64,000 nt of DNA from Takakia lepidozioides (taxonomy: Eukaryota; Plantae; Bryophyta), in assembly GCA_030704615.1 (NCBI GenBank), contig CM060734.1, positions 34,224,001 to 34,288,000 on the forward strand, in the 5' to 3' direction. The translations under genes were made by a program, and so were the position numbers. Shown one piece after another: positions 23,590-36,700 of the stretch (its first letter is position 1; the number at the start of each line of letters is the position of its first letter). The notes under the pieces were generated by a model, which ran no database searches, had not been told where the DNA came from, and was given only the letters and a program-made list of their open reading frames with translations.

Positions 23590-24200
23590 GGGTAGTACCT
23601 TTTTAAGGAAACCGCGGGGTCCAGGTTCGGGTTTTCCTTTGGAACCAAGTCCGGGTCCAGATCCGGGTTTCTGAAATTTGGTAAATCTGAGTTCGGGCTC
23701 GGGTCCGGGTAGTTGCTGGAAAATATTAGCGGGTTCACGGGTTCAAATCAGGGTCCTGATTAATTGATTAAACAAATTTAAAAATAAGACTAATTAGAGA
23801 TAAAATTATTTTGGCTGGAAAAAAAAACTAATCCCTAATGGTGAATTTAATTTTAAGACGGATTCTTTCAAAAGCTCCCATGAATATAGATGGCTCGTTT
23901 ATAAACTACACACATGATGGCACAAGCATTAAAATAGAATTTGAGTTCCATTCTTCAATATCAAACATGTTAAGAAAAATAATGTGTCTCAAGGCTCATA
24001 GATCAAGTATCACATTTTAAATTTTAAAATTGAAACCCGGACTTGACCTGCTACATTGGGCGCTGGTGTCAGTTCTGGACCTAGCAGGCGGTCGTTGGGG
24101 GTCCATTTAGAATTTAACCTGGTCAGAGTCCGGGTTTCTGGTGATGACACGGGTAACCCCGGACCCTAACCCGCCAAGTACCCGGGATCAAATCCCAGAC
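23590..24200. repeat. Probable non-autonomous DNA transposon remnant with CGGGT/ACCCG subterminal repeats
   Basis: Clustered CGGGT(C/T) motifs on the left and ACCCG motifs on the right around an AT-rich core; termini not resolved. Confidence 0.5.
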
Positions 24201-25758
24201 CCGCATTATTTTCTCCTCCCACTATAATTAAGGGGCCTGATTTGTGAGTTGTCGCTCCCATGTGTTTCCCTTTAAAAATAGTAAATTAAAACTATACCAC
24301 CCAGCCTGGTAGCAGGATTCGGCGTCCAGTACCTAATGGGTGGCATACCATGCACTACCCAAGTAGACTATCGTCATATGGTAATGAGACTAATATACAA
24401 TAAGGGCGCTTAAGAAAAAGAAAGCAAAAGATCTTGGAACCTTTCATTGAATATGCCGAGGGTGATTGTAGACTACCGTCGGTGTACCAAGACAGGAACC
24501 AACTGCAGAAAGAGGACAAAGCATGTAAGCAATTTAAAACCATTTGTTGGAACGAGTATGGTCGCTTTTCAACTTGAAGCAAGAGAAAATGTGGAGAAGA
24601 GTCTTTGCAAGAAAGTCTCTGTTATGATTGATTCACCAGACTAAAAAATGAGGGGTTGCTCAGTCAACCTCTGGCCATCTAAGGTCGGTACCAAAGGACT
24701 CGAAAGTCCTTAGGGGGACACAAGTTGTGTGGTTAAGGCGGTTGGAAGATGTCAACTCTCCAAACGGAAGGTAGTAGTACAAAACGTATTAGCCCTTCCG
24801 GTAACATGGTACCTTCCTTTTGCGTTTGTTGTAGCCGCGACCTAACTTACTAAAAGCTCAATGGTTATTCGTTTTGGTTGTGCGAGCAAGACTCATGTGA
24901 GAGGAACCCTCTTTATTAATTTGATTAAAAGGGCCTCCGCCCCCTTTTCTCTAAAGAAAAAAAAAAAAAAAAAACTATGCTTATGCAAGCGCAATACCGA
25001 GCACCTATAGACTCTTTTAAATTATGAACATTAATACGAAAATAGGAGCCATATGGTATTTCAGCATTTCAGCATATACTAGGGTAGCCTATGCCGTTTG
25101 TCCATGTGTGAAGAATTGAAAAGAACACTTGATTTTGTACCTCGCTTCATATATTGAGACCAAAACTGAGACCAACTGTAACAAGCACGGCCCATGGTTT
25201 GGGAGATCTGAACGCTACACAAAACTAAATTAACTAACTAACTAACTACCTTGCTTCATATATTGATAAGCTCTTCTAGCAAAACTGATGATAGGGGTCG
25301 AAGCATTTTTAGAAAGAATTTCATTCACATTTTTTTATTTTTTTTCCAAACAGTAATTCCTTTAGGGGTTGGAAGACATTTCATCAACAAAACTCTTTTA
25401 ATCTCTCACATATATATATAACTTTTTCCAAACAATAGCTCTTTTAGATGACCCAAATCGATATTGAAGCATCTGAATTTCATCGTTTCTACATGTCGAT
25501 GTCAATAATATTAGAAATAGTTTCTTACCGTAAAATTGGTGTTGCTTACAGTCAATTATTTGAATTATAGTCACGCAATATTAATTATGCCTCATGAGAC
25601 TGCTTTTGTTTTGCTCTTGTTTATGGAATATTCAAAATATTTGCTCACGTGAGCTACCCAACCTCTTGGGGAAGGACTCGGGAGAGGAGGAATGTTGTGC
25701 TTGTAATTTTCATGCTCACATGAGTAGTGAGTACTACTTACACTTCGAAAGTTAGTAC

Positions 25759-26570
25759 CAAGTGTTGGGAGGTTATTATCTTTTGTAAGACCCGTTGGTT
25801 CCGGGTATCGGCGGTGTGAGGTTGTGGATATACCCAAACCAATACTAGATTTATTTAGGATTTTACATAGCCGGGGGTTATCAATCAAGCCCATTATCAA
25901 AATTATCAGACAACATATCAATAAACATCAAACATGGATGATAACCTACTGTTATCAACCCGGGGCCGGGGTTTAAAAAAAAATCTTTAACCATTTTTTA
26001 AGAGCGCCTTATCCATGTAAAATTTATCCAAACTTATCAATGTGATGTGGAATACTAACTAATTAAATCAGAATGTTATCTACTAACTAATACTAATACT
26101 AATACTAATGTACTTATTTAGGTGGCTAGAATTATAAAGTTAGTTAGTATTCCTAAGTACTTTAAGTAGCTTGTATTTTTCAAGGTATGGTGTGTAAATT
26201 TGGGCAATGTTTGACAGCGTTTAAGTATTAGTATGACTTACCGGTTTAATATGTTTTTAAGAGGGTGCTAAATCCCTGAAGCGATGGGAAAAGGTCACTA
26301 AAATGTGACATTTAATGTGAAAATCCAGCCACTTGATGTTGATATGTGGGAAATCTAGTTTTTGTAGCCCTCATAAATATCAATAATCAATATCATCAAA
26401 GCCTTATATGAGGGTCCGGGTCTCAACATCAATATCAGCTCAGCACTTAACCGGTAGGTAGGTTACGAACAGGGTATTATCCAACAATTTACCCGGCGGG
26501 TCCGGGTCCACATACCCGCATTGATACCCGTGTTGACACCCTCTACGTACCCAATACCCTCCCAACACTG
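25759..26570. mobile_element. hAT-type MITE, 812 bp
   Basis: TIRs CAAGTGTTGGGAGGTTATT / AATACCCTCCCAACACTG; 8-bp TSD GTTAGTAC (25751-25758, 26571-26578). Confidence 0.9.
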
Positions 26571-27274
26571 GTTAGTACCCAAGGCAAAAACAGAGGTTTA
26601 AGTAAATCCAACACACGTTGCAATACCTTGAGCAATTAAAATCACCTCATCCAACTCCCCCGTCTACATACCCAAACAACATTAAGGGGCATCCTACCGA
26701 AACATAACCACCCTCAAAGTCTTTAGAGAACCCCTTGTTATAGCCGATGGGCTACAAAACCCTAATCAGCTTCAAGAAAGATGACTCCACCTCCTAGAGG
26801 AATAGTACATTCTAGTGTCACTTCAACCCAAAGGACTACTACGTTGAAAGGAGTTGGTAGAACGTGAGCACACACACACAGCTCATAGCTCACGTGAGCA
26901 TAGAAGGCATAGTAATAGGTTCCAAGCTTTTCATGGACATAGAATATGTGAGATAGACATAGGGTATGAGGACGCAAATTCTTAGTTACAATATAATCAC
27001 AATTTATATGAAATAAATTATTATATTACTACATGTAATAGGATTGGTATTCTTTGACAAAATAACCAAGTCGAAAACGTACTTGAAATTATTGGAGAAA
27101 ACAAAATAATACTCTCATAAGGCCATGAGACATATCAAAAATATAATGTAATAAGGCAACATTCGGGTTGCAAGCGAAACTTAATAATCCGAGATATGAC
27201 TTCCCCCCATGGAATTTCTAGGCGGTTTTTCTACGCCTATGGATTCATGGATACCCATAAAATACTTTTCTCAA

Positions 27275-28192
27275 GGGGGTTGGTAGAACGTGAGCACACC
27301 GGTGAGCACGACTCACCAAGAAAACATAGGCGTGAGCACAAAACACGGCAATAGGCTACACATGTTTCCACGGAAATAGAATTCTTGCGAATAGGGTTCC
27401 AAAATAGTGAAAATGTTAGTTGTGTGCCTATTTCTGTGGCGCTCTCTGTCCCTATTTCTGTTCCTAATTATGTCCATAAATCCTAAACCCTAATGAAAAT
27501 AGGTACCCATAATGTATACCTTCAAGCTCCAAGTTCCACATAACTACAACTTTGGTATCCTACAAAAGAATAACAAATTATGGAAAAACAAAGTTGCAAT
27601 AACGCACACCATCCAAAACACACTTGAAATACCAAACAATAATTGAACAATTTAATATAATGATTCAAACAACGGGTGTCCGTAGTGAAATAAATCAAGG
27701 TATCGAGTTAAAATTAGGGATTTTGCCAACGGAATAATGGAGGTATCACTGTTAAGGTCATTATCCAATGGTTTCGTGAGCGAAACAAAATGTTTTGTGT
27801 TTGGTTTTGCATATAAGAGACAACGAGAGATTGTTTTATTTCGGCAACAAATTGTTATGTGTTTATTGCGGTATGTCGGTACCCATGTTTTCGTGGGTGA
27901 AACATAATGAAATAATTCTAGTTTCGCGTATTACTGATTGCATCGAGCGTCACCTGCACTTGACTAAATACGCAATTATTCAGCAACAAAAATCCTTGAT
28001 GGAGACGACACCTACTGGATATTCCTTATGCCCCAACTTTGCATGGCTTGTGCTCATGTGAGCACAAATTGCACATTTTAGTTTCGCTACAACATCTTTA
28101 CAAGAATATTCTAGGAATTTCTGATACATCCTCTTATGCTCACATGTCACAGGCTCATGCTCACGTGAGCCTACTCATGTGCTACCCAACCT
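27275..28192. mobile_element. Probable MITE with GCTCAC/GTGAGC subterminal motifs
   Basis: Left GGTTGGTAGAACGTGAGCAC and right CTCATGTGCTACCCAACC are imperfect inverted repeats; the same left end recurs at ~26850; TSD unclear. Confidence 0.6.
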
Positions 28193-28386
28193 TTTTTCTG
28201 AGCATTTGCTCCCCAACAAACATGAATACCCGTATATCCAGAACAGAATTGTCCCCAATATCCATTGTGACCATTATTTGAAGTGTTGTCTATAATCGTG
28301 ATCATGCCATGCAAGCCCCTCACGGGATCTTATTAGTCTTTGATTCAAATAATTGCCCAACATTGGGAAATGCGTTGACTCTTGAC

Positions 28387-29064
28387 CAAGGGGAGGTCAC
28401 TTCCAAATATTACCACTTGACGTGCAAAAAAATATAGGGTGCCGAAAATTTTGAGAAAATAAAATTTAGAATACATTTAGAAATACTATAGGGTACCAAT
28501 ATATTGGCGGCACCACATTTAAATTAAAATAGGGTCCAGAATAAAGACGTATTTCCAAAAAATATTAAAACTAATATATGGTGGAGGGAAATTAAAGGGA
28601 CACGTGTAGTTCAGTGACAAGCAGTTCGGGACATGCAGCGGAGAGGGCGTAGACGCATGTGCACGACAACCCTAGGCTTCCCTCTTTCCTGTCGGCTGCA
28701 ATTCATGGCGGCATTGTGCTAGACAAGCAGAGAGAAATGGTGGTGCGCTCAGTGGTACACGCATTGTGGCCCATAGGCTTTGAAGCTTACAGGGCGTGAC
28801 AGTGAAGAAGCGTAGATTGAAAGGGGAATGATGGCAACCCCATAATATTATTAATATTATTATTTTCAGGTTAATATAGGGTGCCCAATATTTGTTATCT
28901 GCTATAAAATATAAATAATATAGCTTGCAAGAAAATATGCCGTATTACAACATTATGTAATAATAGGGTGGCCAAAAATTCAGAAAATAAAATTAATACC
29001 CCCATAGAAAATGCCTGTTTGCCTCACGTGCCTGGGAAACTAGATAAGGAGTGACCTCCCCGAG
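28387..29064. mobile_element. hAT-type MITE, 678 bp
   Basis: TIR core GGGGAGGTCACT / AGTGACCTCCCC; 8-bp TSD CTCTTGAC (28379-28386, 29065-29072). Confidence 0.82.
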
Positions 29065-29289
29065 CTCTTGACTCCTTCCAATAGCTAAAGTTTGAATGTG
29101 CTTCTATATTAACCCTAATGTGTCTAGGTCGCATATGTTACAAAGCATTTAGGAGGGCCTTTCTCTAAGCACCCTGCTCTAGAGGGTGTGGTTAATTGGT
29201 GAGAAATCTTGTAGGGGGGCTCTCACCTGTCAAAAGTCAATTTTCCTCCTAAAATTATAAAGTATTCTTCACAACATTCTCCATCCACC

Positions 29290-29827
29290 TGTCGCGCACC
29301 TCACTTCGGTAAGCTTCCTTTAAGTCATAGTTACTCGCTTTGATGCGCGCGTCTAACTCCATAAACTGGCCGCCGGGCCAACTCAGAGCTTCGGCTGCTC
29401 ACCGGGACATAACGGTCCCCTTTGCTCCTTCAAAGGACCCTCCACCAATTTGGGGTCTAGAGGAAATTCCCTTTGGTAGATGGCAGTCCGGAATAGCTCC
29501 TCGATTCTCGATGATGAGTCGCGGTGTGTCTTGGCCCACCCACCACGGCCCCATTGGACCGTGATGAGTCCCAAGACTCCCCACGACTCCCACCACAAGG
29601 TCTCCGCCCCATGGTGAGTCATATGCCACCCCTCGTGGACCCACCCCCACCGCAACCCCGTGTGCGGGGCTCCACCTAGTGAGCGCCTCCGCCTAGTGAG
29701 CGCCTCTTGAGTGCCTTGGGCACTCAAGGTACTTCAGCCCCGTACCTATTGTTGCCACTGCCCCCACCACAGGGGCAGCCCTTCTTGTGTCCCGACCCCC
29801 CTGCCCTCAAGGCGAAGGGCCGCTACA
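29290..29827 (-). mobile_element. Solo LTR, 538 bp
   Basis: TGTCGCG...CGCTACA termini, 5-bp TSD CCACC on both sides; homologous to the PBS-adjacent LTR end at 6528-6730, which sets the orientation. Confidence 0.92.
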
Positions 29828-32800
29828 CCACCACCATCTATGCAAATTTTGAAATTCCACCCATTGAGCATGTAGCAAAATAACAAGTGAAAGCTTTGCT
29901 TGAGTTGCCTCTAAACCCCGGCCCGCGCCCCCCTTTCTTTCAAGCAACTGCTGGATGACATGACGGTAATGTTTGAAAAAAATCCTGTATTTGAAAAAAT
30001 TCAATGCATAACCAGAATTTCTTCGTCCAAAATGTTTTGGAAATTATTTTTCTCTACCACTAAATTCCAATTTCTACCCTTTCAGCCTACGCTAAAGTCA
30101 CGATGGCAGCTTAAGAAATATGTTAGAAATCAAATTTGCAACCCAGTGGCCATTTGAAACTTAAGTAATTATTGGATATATTGTAGAAATCTCGATAGTA
30201 AATACGTAAATACCTAAATAGTAAATACCAGTGTCGGCCTATTGGTGTTGAGCTAAAAACAGATTGAACATGTGCAAAAATGTAAATGGATTTAGAATGT
30301 ACCAAAAATTGTAAGTGAATTTTGGGCTGCCCATCCTTGACCCTGCCAACCTTGTATAAGAGGATTTTTGTTACAATATTCGCCCCAATAAAACTGCTGG
30401 GGATTTTTGTGTCCCAACTAAATCATTGTAATCTACCAATTTCTACAGTGGACTTTGATGTGATAAGGGCCCCGGGACAGCTCAATAGTAGGGTCAGCTT
30501 GCAGGGATGTTAGTTTAGTCTTTCTTGGTTTTATATTTTTAGTATTTTTTTAAAGTAGTCTTAAGTCTTAAGTCTCAGTTTTGTTTGACTAGACAGGAGG
30601 TAAGTTCAGCTTTCTTCCAGTTCCAGGTTTTCCAAAAAGGGCCAAGTCAAGGACCAAGAATTGGACCAAAATGCTCCAACTTGGTCCCACTGTCCCTTGT
30701 TGGTCTTTGTCCCTGGAATAATGTGAAGGTTCCCAAATGATTCCAGACCCTTTACATAATATTCTACTGGATTATCCTGTGGAGTCTGCACTTGCAGGGA
30801 GACTGGCAACCTGGGTAGTGGGTGCCCGCCTTCCTATCTACCTACCAACTGTCGCACACGGTACTACCTACCAGGTACCCACGACAATCATTGACTGCCT
30901 CCCACCACAAGTTTCCCGTGCCCAGGTAAGTCGGTGGACGAGATGTGGATGATGGATGATATCATGACTTCATTCATCTCTGGACACACCTTTCTCTATG
31001 TTTCTTATATTTCACCCACGACTAAGGCTGTGAATTTCTTCCCTGGTTTTTACTTGTTCCTTAAAGCAATATTTATTCTTCATTATCATTTATACCTGGC
31101 AGAAAATTTTGAAGAGAAAAGTTTTCTTGACAGGGGAAGAAGCCCTTTAATAATATTTTGTTTCTTTGGAAATGGAGTAAAATCCTGAAATGAATGGAGC
31201 TAGGAAAGCTATAGAATTAGATGGGGGGCCAACAGGAATCATCCAATCACTCTCAATAATCCAGGCACCGGCAAGGCTGACCAATGAAGGTGAGGGCAGC
31301 AGAAGATTGAGAGGCAAGGGTGAGGGCAGCAGTGGGGCTGTCAGAAGGTCAGAGCAGCAGCAGTCCTCAGTCAGGACGTCAGGACCCACACCACAACATA
31401 ATACAAGTGCTCTTCAGATCTTTCCAGCTTTTCTGGTGGAAATGGACTCAGGTCCAGATTTCACTGTGTGTGTTTTTGCAAGTTGTTTCTAGGAAGAAGT
31501 TGAAGTCCAAGCTTGGCATGTTCGTATCTAAGACTGTGGGCAAAGTCCAAGTTTCTGATGCCGCCATATTGACCTAGTTGGAGATCCCACAGCCCAGGCC
31601 CCAAATGGATGGAGGGTGAAAAAGTCTGTCTCCATTCTTTATTGGAGATCTGGGGCCCACTCTCCCACTTACACATATATGTTATGGAGGGAGAGAGATT
31701 GGTGACCAAAGAAGGCAGGACTTGAAAACACGAGAGAACGCCAAAACTGGAATCAATGTCAGCCATGGAAGTCAGAAGCAGCTAATAATAGAACATCAGC
31801 ACCAGACATGAATAGAGAGTACAAGAGAGACCTAGATATTAGTCACCCTCTCTAATTGGTACGCCGGAGGGGTAATGTTCAGCTAACACTTAGAAAGGCT
31901 TAACAGTTTGAATTTATATAGTACGTGTCTATCTACACGGTGGGATACATATGTCAATCTAAGAATACCGTGACACTCACACAGCTAAGTTGTATAATTT
32001 CATTCAGATTTGGGTTCAAAACAATAGTAGATAGTGGAGTTGCACCCAGGTGATTCTACTTGCTTTGCAAAACATATCTCACTCTTTCCTTTGGATGTTA
32101 TGGTGCTAATCAGTTTCATGACATCCTAGGATGATAGGTCTTGTAAAACAGCAATTCATAGACCAAAAAACTACAGATAGTTTTGGATCTTGAGCTGGTA
32201 GAAGGTTTGGTCTGCAAGATCCTGAGAACCCATCATGTGTAGCTTAAATTCATGCCTATTGTAGGTATTGAAGCCCAGACATGGTCCCCTGGTTCTAACC
32301 CCGATTCCTAAACGGATTTCTGAATTCCCAGTATATGGTTGATATATAGTGGAGACATGACTACTGCCTAGAGGGGATGGGCTATCCATAACAATTAACA
32401 TGTTTATACTTGGGCTGAACTTTAAAAGGGTGAGACAACAAGGCGTGAGATATGCCCTGCCATTGTTTTATTGATATGAATTGTAACATGTGCCCAACTG
32501 GGAACTAAGAACTTTCATGTTCCCATTAAGTCTCATGGGAACAACCCATGATATAAGGTTAAGGTCACTTTGGCCAACTTGATGCGTAGTCCCTACCCTG
32601 TCGGGCAGGGCCAATAAAGGTACTTCAACGATTAACGGTGTAACATTTATGGAGGGGCAACAGTACATAAATGAGTAATCCGCTGATCGTGTGGGTTGTG
32701 GTCTAGCTGTTTTGTTCAAAGTTTTACACCGTCAGAGACAATTTGCAGTTGCAACCAAGTGGGCATTCTGTCAGTGTGTCAGGCACGTTTGCCGCAAGAA

Positions 32801-33765
32801 TTTGCAAAGGAAGGCGACAGTGTGGAGCCCATCAAATCCAGCCCTAATAAGCTGGCCGCGGAAAGCAAGGGTGTCAGTTCTGGCGGTCTCCCCACATGGG
32901 TACTCCAGATCTGCCCTTTCACTGGTCGCGCAACATCCTTCGTGCACATTCACAGTGCGCCCAGCTGGGCCATTCCTAGCTCTCAGGCCTAGTGGCCGAT
33001 CGTGAGTTCCTTACGTGCCAGGTCTGTAACGTTTGCACCAGTTAGGACACGTGAGATTTAACGTACAATGTGTGAGAGGAGGAGAGAGAGAGAGTTTCTG
33101 GTTTGTTGGAGTCTGGACTTCAGGAGAGGACATGGTTTGAAAGCTGAGCCTTGGTAAGTGACAGTTATCCCAAGCGCATAAGCTACATCACAAGACGTGA
33201 GCACCTCCCAATTCTCCCCCTCTCCTTATTCCTCTCCCATTCCTTATTCCTTATCGTCAGAATGTCGTGGAAATCTTGTCGTAGTATTGCCTGCTCCAAA
33301 GACCTAAAAAACTTATTACCAGTCCAACACTGGTACATACCTCTACTATAATTGTTTGGATTCTCCAGATTCGACCATGTAGCACACTCAATTTCTTCAG
33401 AATCTGCCACAAACTACTGGACAGTCGGCAAAGCACACCCAATGCTTACATGGTTTAAATTCATGTCAATCACATGGGTGCTTGCATCCCCATGCGGCCA
33501 CCATCTTATACTTTTGTATCCTTCTCGAAGTGTCCATATTACATGCAAATCCAATCCAATGGTTCGTTCGGTGTTCAGTCTGGAATCAGACCAGATCTCC
33601 CTGGAAACATAGTACCCCAACTTAACACATGAAGTAACTATATCAGGACTTGACACTTGATACCGACTCCCTACCTCCTGGCTATGTACCATACAGGCAC
33701 ATTACCAGCTACTGCTAGTCTACTTCCGGAAGTGCAGGCCAGAACCCTTAATTAAATCACCCATC

Positions 33766-36700
33766 TTAGGGCTCAAAAGCTTCTTGATTCTGCACTGGAT
33801 TCACCCTAATTTGATCCCTAGTTTGATGAGAAGTATGAGGGACAGAAAGGGTCCCAGTGATGTCGATTGCTGGGGATGGAAGAGTGGGTTGAGAGTCCTG
33901 GCGAGCATCAGGTTGTGGCTCATTGAACTCTTTCCGTAGACGCTCAACAACCATGAAAGAGACAGCTGATGCTGGCACAAACCACAGCACCCGGGGTAGG
34001 CCCCCCTTGAAGAATCCCTTCAACCCTTCCTCTCTCCAGATTCTTTGCAATGAATCAAACCAGCCTTTGTATCTGCACAGGGGACCAGGAGTTGGAAATA
34101 TCACCAACGATGCATCATATATAGATTACCTTCTCAAACTTAACTCAACATTCAGGCAATGGAGAGAGCAGGACCCCAAGGACTAGGGGGAAATCTTTAA
34201 CCAGATATGAGATGTAATCTAGCTATGACATGGACAATTATCTCCTCCATTGTACTGTTTTCTGTCAGACAATAAATGGACTCATTGACCATTTTGGGTG
34301 AGTATTGGCCATGACAGGCAAGTTGAAGAAATGTGCCTACTGGAAAGAAACCTTCCAGAGCAGGTCTGGAAATATCCAGGATAATAAAGATAAAAAGAGG
34401 AGCAGAGGCAGAGACGCAGGGAATGAAAGAGGAGACACCACTGCATGCATTTTCTACAGCCATTGTGAGTTCAATGGGAAGAATGGGCGTCCAAGCTGAT
34501 GGGGATCACCAAAAGACCAGCAATACCTGGCATGCGAACCCTGAACTTGAAGTCTGGTCTTCACCACATCCATGGGAGTCGTCAGAAAAGCACCTAGACC
34601 TGCAAGCAAAACGGAGACTTAAGTGCAGTCACCAGATGGGGACACCTCGATCTTCCTGGAAGTCGGGACCCATTTCCCCTTTCACTCCCAATGTGGCTGT
34701 ATGCTCAGGCCAGTACATCTGGCTGGCAGTACAATTTCAGAACCATTTGTCCTATTGGTTCAAGGTAAAAAGCAAGTATGATGAGAACGTCAATTGCCAG
34801 GCCCGACCTCATCTGTCTGCCAAACTATAGTGGGCTCACTATAGGAAATTCTGAACCCAAGGTTGCAAGAACTCCTTGACCAACTTCAAGAGGACCGGGA
34901 TCTTTATCAGGTCACACCCTCTGCTCACATCAAGCAGTTAAATACTACTCTCCTCTCGTGAAGCAGTCTCTTTCAAACCAACCCTTTTTGCATAGGCGTG
35001 AAAAAATCTCTCTAGAGGCCTTAAGAACTTACCACCAGCAGTACCCCCCATGATAAGCTCCTCAAAAGAACTGAACTTATGCTCCTCATAATCGTTTGAT
35101 TGCAGGGTTGCTCTGGAAGGCCACCATCTTCCCCTCCCTAATTCTACCGATGCCCTCATGGCTTCATAGAACATTATCTGCAGAAGTCATGGTCAAAACA
35201 CACTTAGTCATTATGACAGTCTCTCCACTTTCTGATGTCCTCAAGCATCAACCATTCATGAAATTGTCAGTCTACCTTTCTACTTGTAACTTTGACTAAT
35301 CCATGGTCACATATTGACTCCAGGTTTTACCCCACCAACTATCTACCACAATTGCATACTTGCCATTACATTCTTCAGACTCAGGAAGCCAAGCAACACC
35401 ACTGGAGTGCAACCCAAAGAGCTTGATAGGCCACACCAGCACATATTACAGTCAAACGTAAGCGCCCTCCAAGTGGAGAACAAGCCTACTCTCTCAACAT
35501 CCACCTTACTGCCAAACTAACAACACACTTGAGGATCTGCCCAAGCTCAGCATTAACAGAATTCAGCACTCAGTTTCTCCACAGAAAAATGTCCACTTTA
35601 CTAACGTTTGACCCCAGATGGTTCCTACATTGAAACCTTGGCAGCAGGGGGTCGACCTGCACAGGACAACCTCCATACGGGCAAACATAATTTGAAACCC
35701 AATACTACTCAGAATTCTAGTTCTGACTCGACACATTTACAAGAGGTAAGGGATCGCAGTTCTCACCTGTAAACCTGCAAAAGGGACATCTCTTGCAAGA
35801 GTGGGGAAATACCTAGACATCCATGGAACATCAAACTTCAATTAGTCACTCATAGCCGAAGTTTATAATGTGTCAACCTAGTGTATTCTACCTTTCAGAT
35901 CTTCCAACCACAAGGCAGAGGTCTTGTGCAGAGGGATTTCACCAGAAGGATTTCTTTGTGATAGAAAGCAGCATGCAATGTAGCACAGAGGACCATTGTA
36001 ACAGTGTAAAAACAGTAATGGTTTCTGACAACAGCATGACCAACTCTACCACATGATGGAGGACCCAGATGGGATTCTCCAAGGAATATGTGGAAAACAC
36101 AGTTTGAAATCTTGAAAATAGATGAAGCTAAGACATAAACTATGGCATCAAAGACATACCCGGCATAAAGGCCCGCAAGGCCCTCATGTCTTAAGATTGC
36201 TCGTGTTGCATGGAATATCCCAGAATAGTACTCATAATTGGGTTTCCCAATCGTGGACGACGAGCCATGCATGTGGTGCCAGGCTTTCCTGCTGCCTTGA
36301 ATCTGTAACAATTGCAACAATCTCAATCTAGAAACTCAAAAGAACCGTCTCTGGCAACGCTTGCCCCATCTGAACTTACTCACATTCACCTCACAATGTT
36401 CAGGTTTTATGGTGGACTCTGTAATCTTGGCAGCTTCTGCCAGCAAAAACTGGAATACAGTAGTTTTGAAACTGGAAGAGAGAAACAGACGCGCTCCTCA
36501 AGGACTTAGCTTTTCGTGGCTTAATGAAAAGCACAGTTCATTGTGAAGCAAGAAACTAACAATAAGCGTCATTGGGGAAGAGGAGTAGAATGGGAGTCAC
36601 ACCAGCACTGATCACTTGTATTTGGGATTGTGGAATTCCACCTCTGGAAAGGAGGGGAATGTACTCATATAAGACATTGTTTGCTGTAGCCTTGCGGGCC

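Noticed and set aside
22320-24290. Inverted match between ~22320-22370 and ~24232-24280 read as one element
   Set aside because: The GGGGCC termini face inward, which fits ends of two separate elements better; partner ends and TSDs not found
32400-33200. Possible solo LTR or other repeat downstream of the carrier gene
   Set aside because: No convincing TG...CA boundaries with a TSD could be fixed
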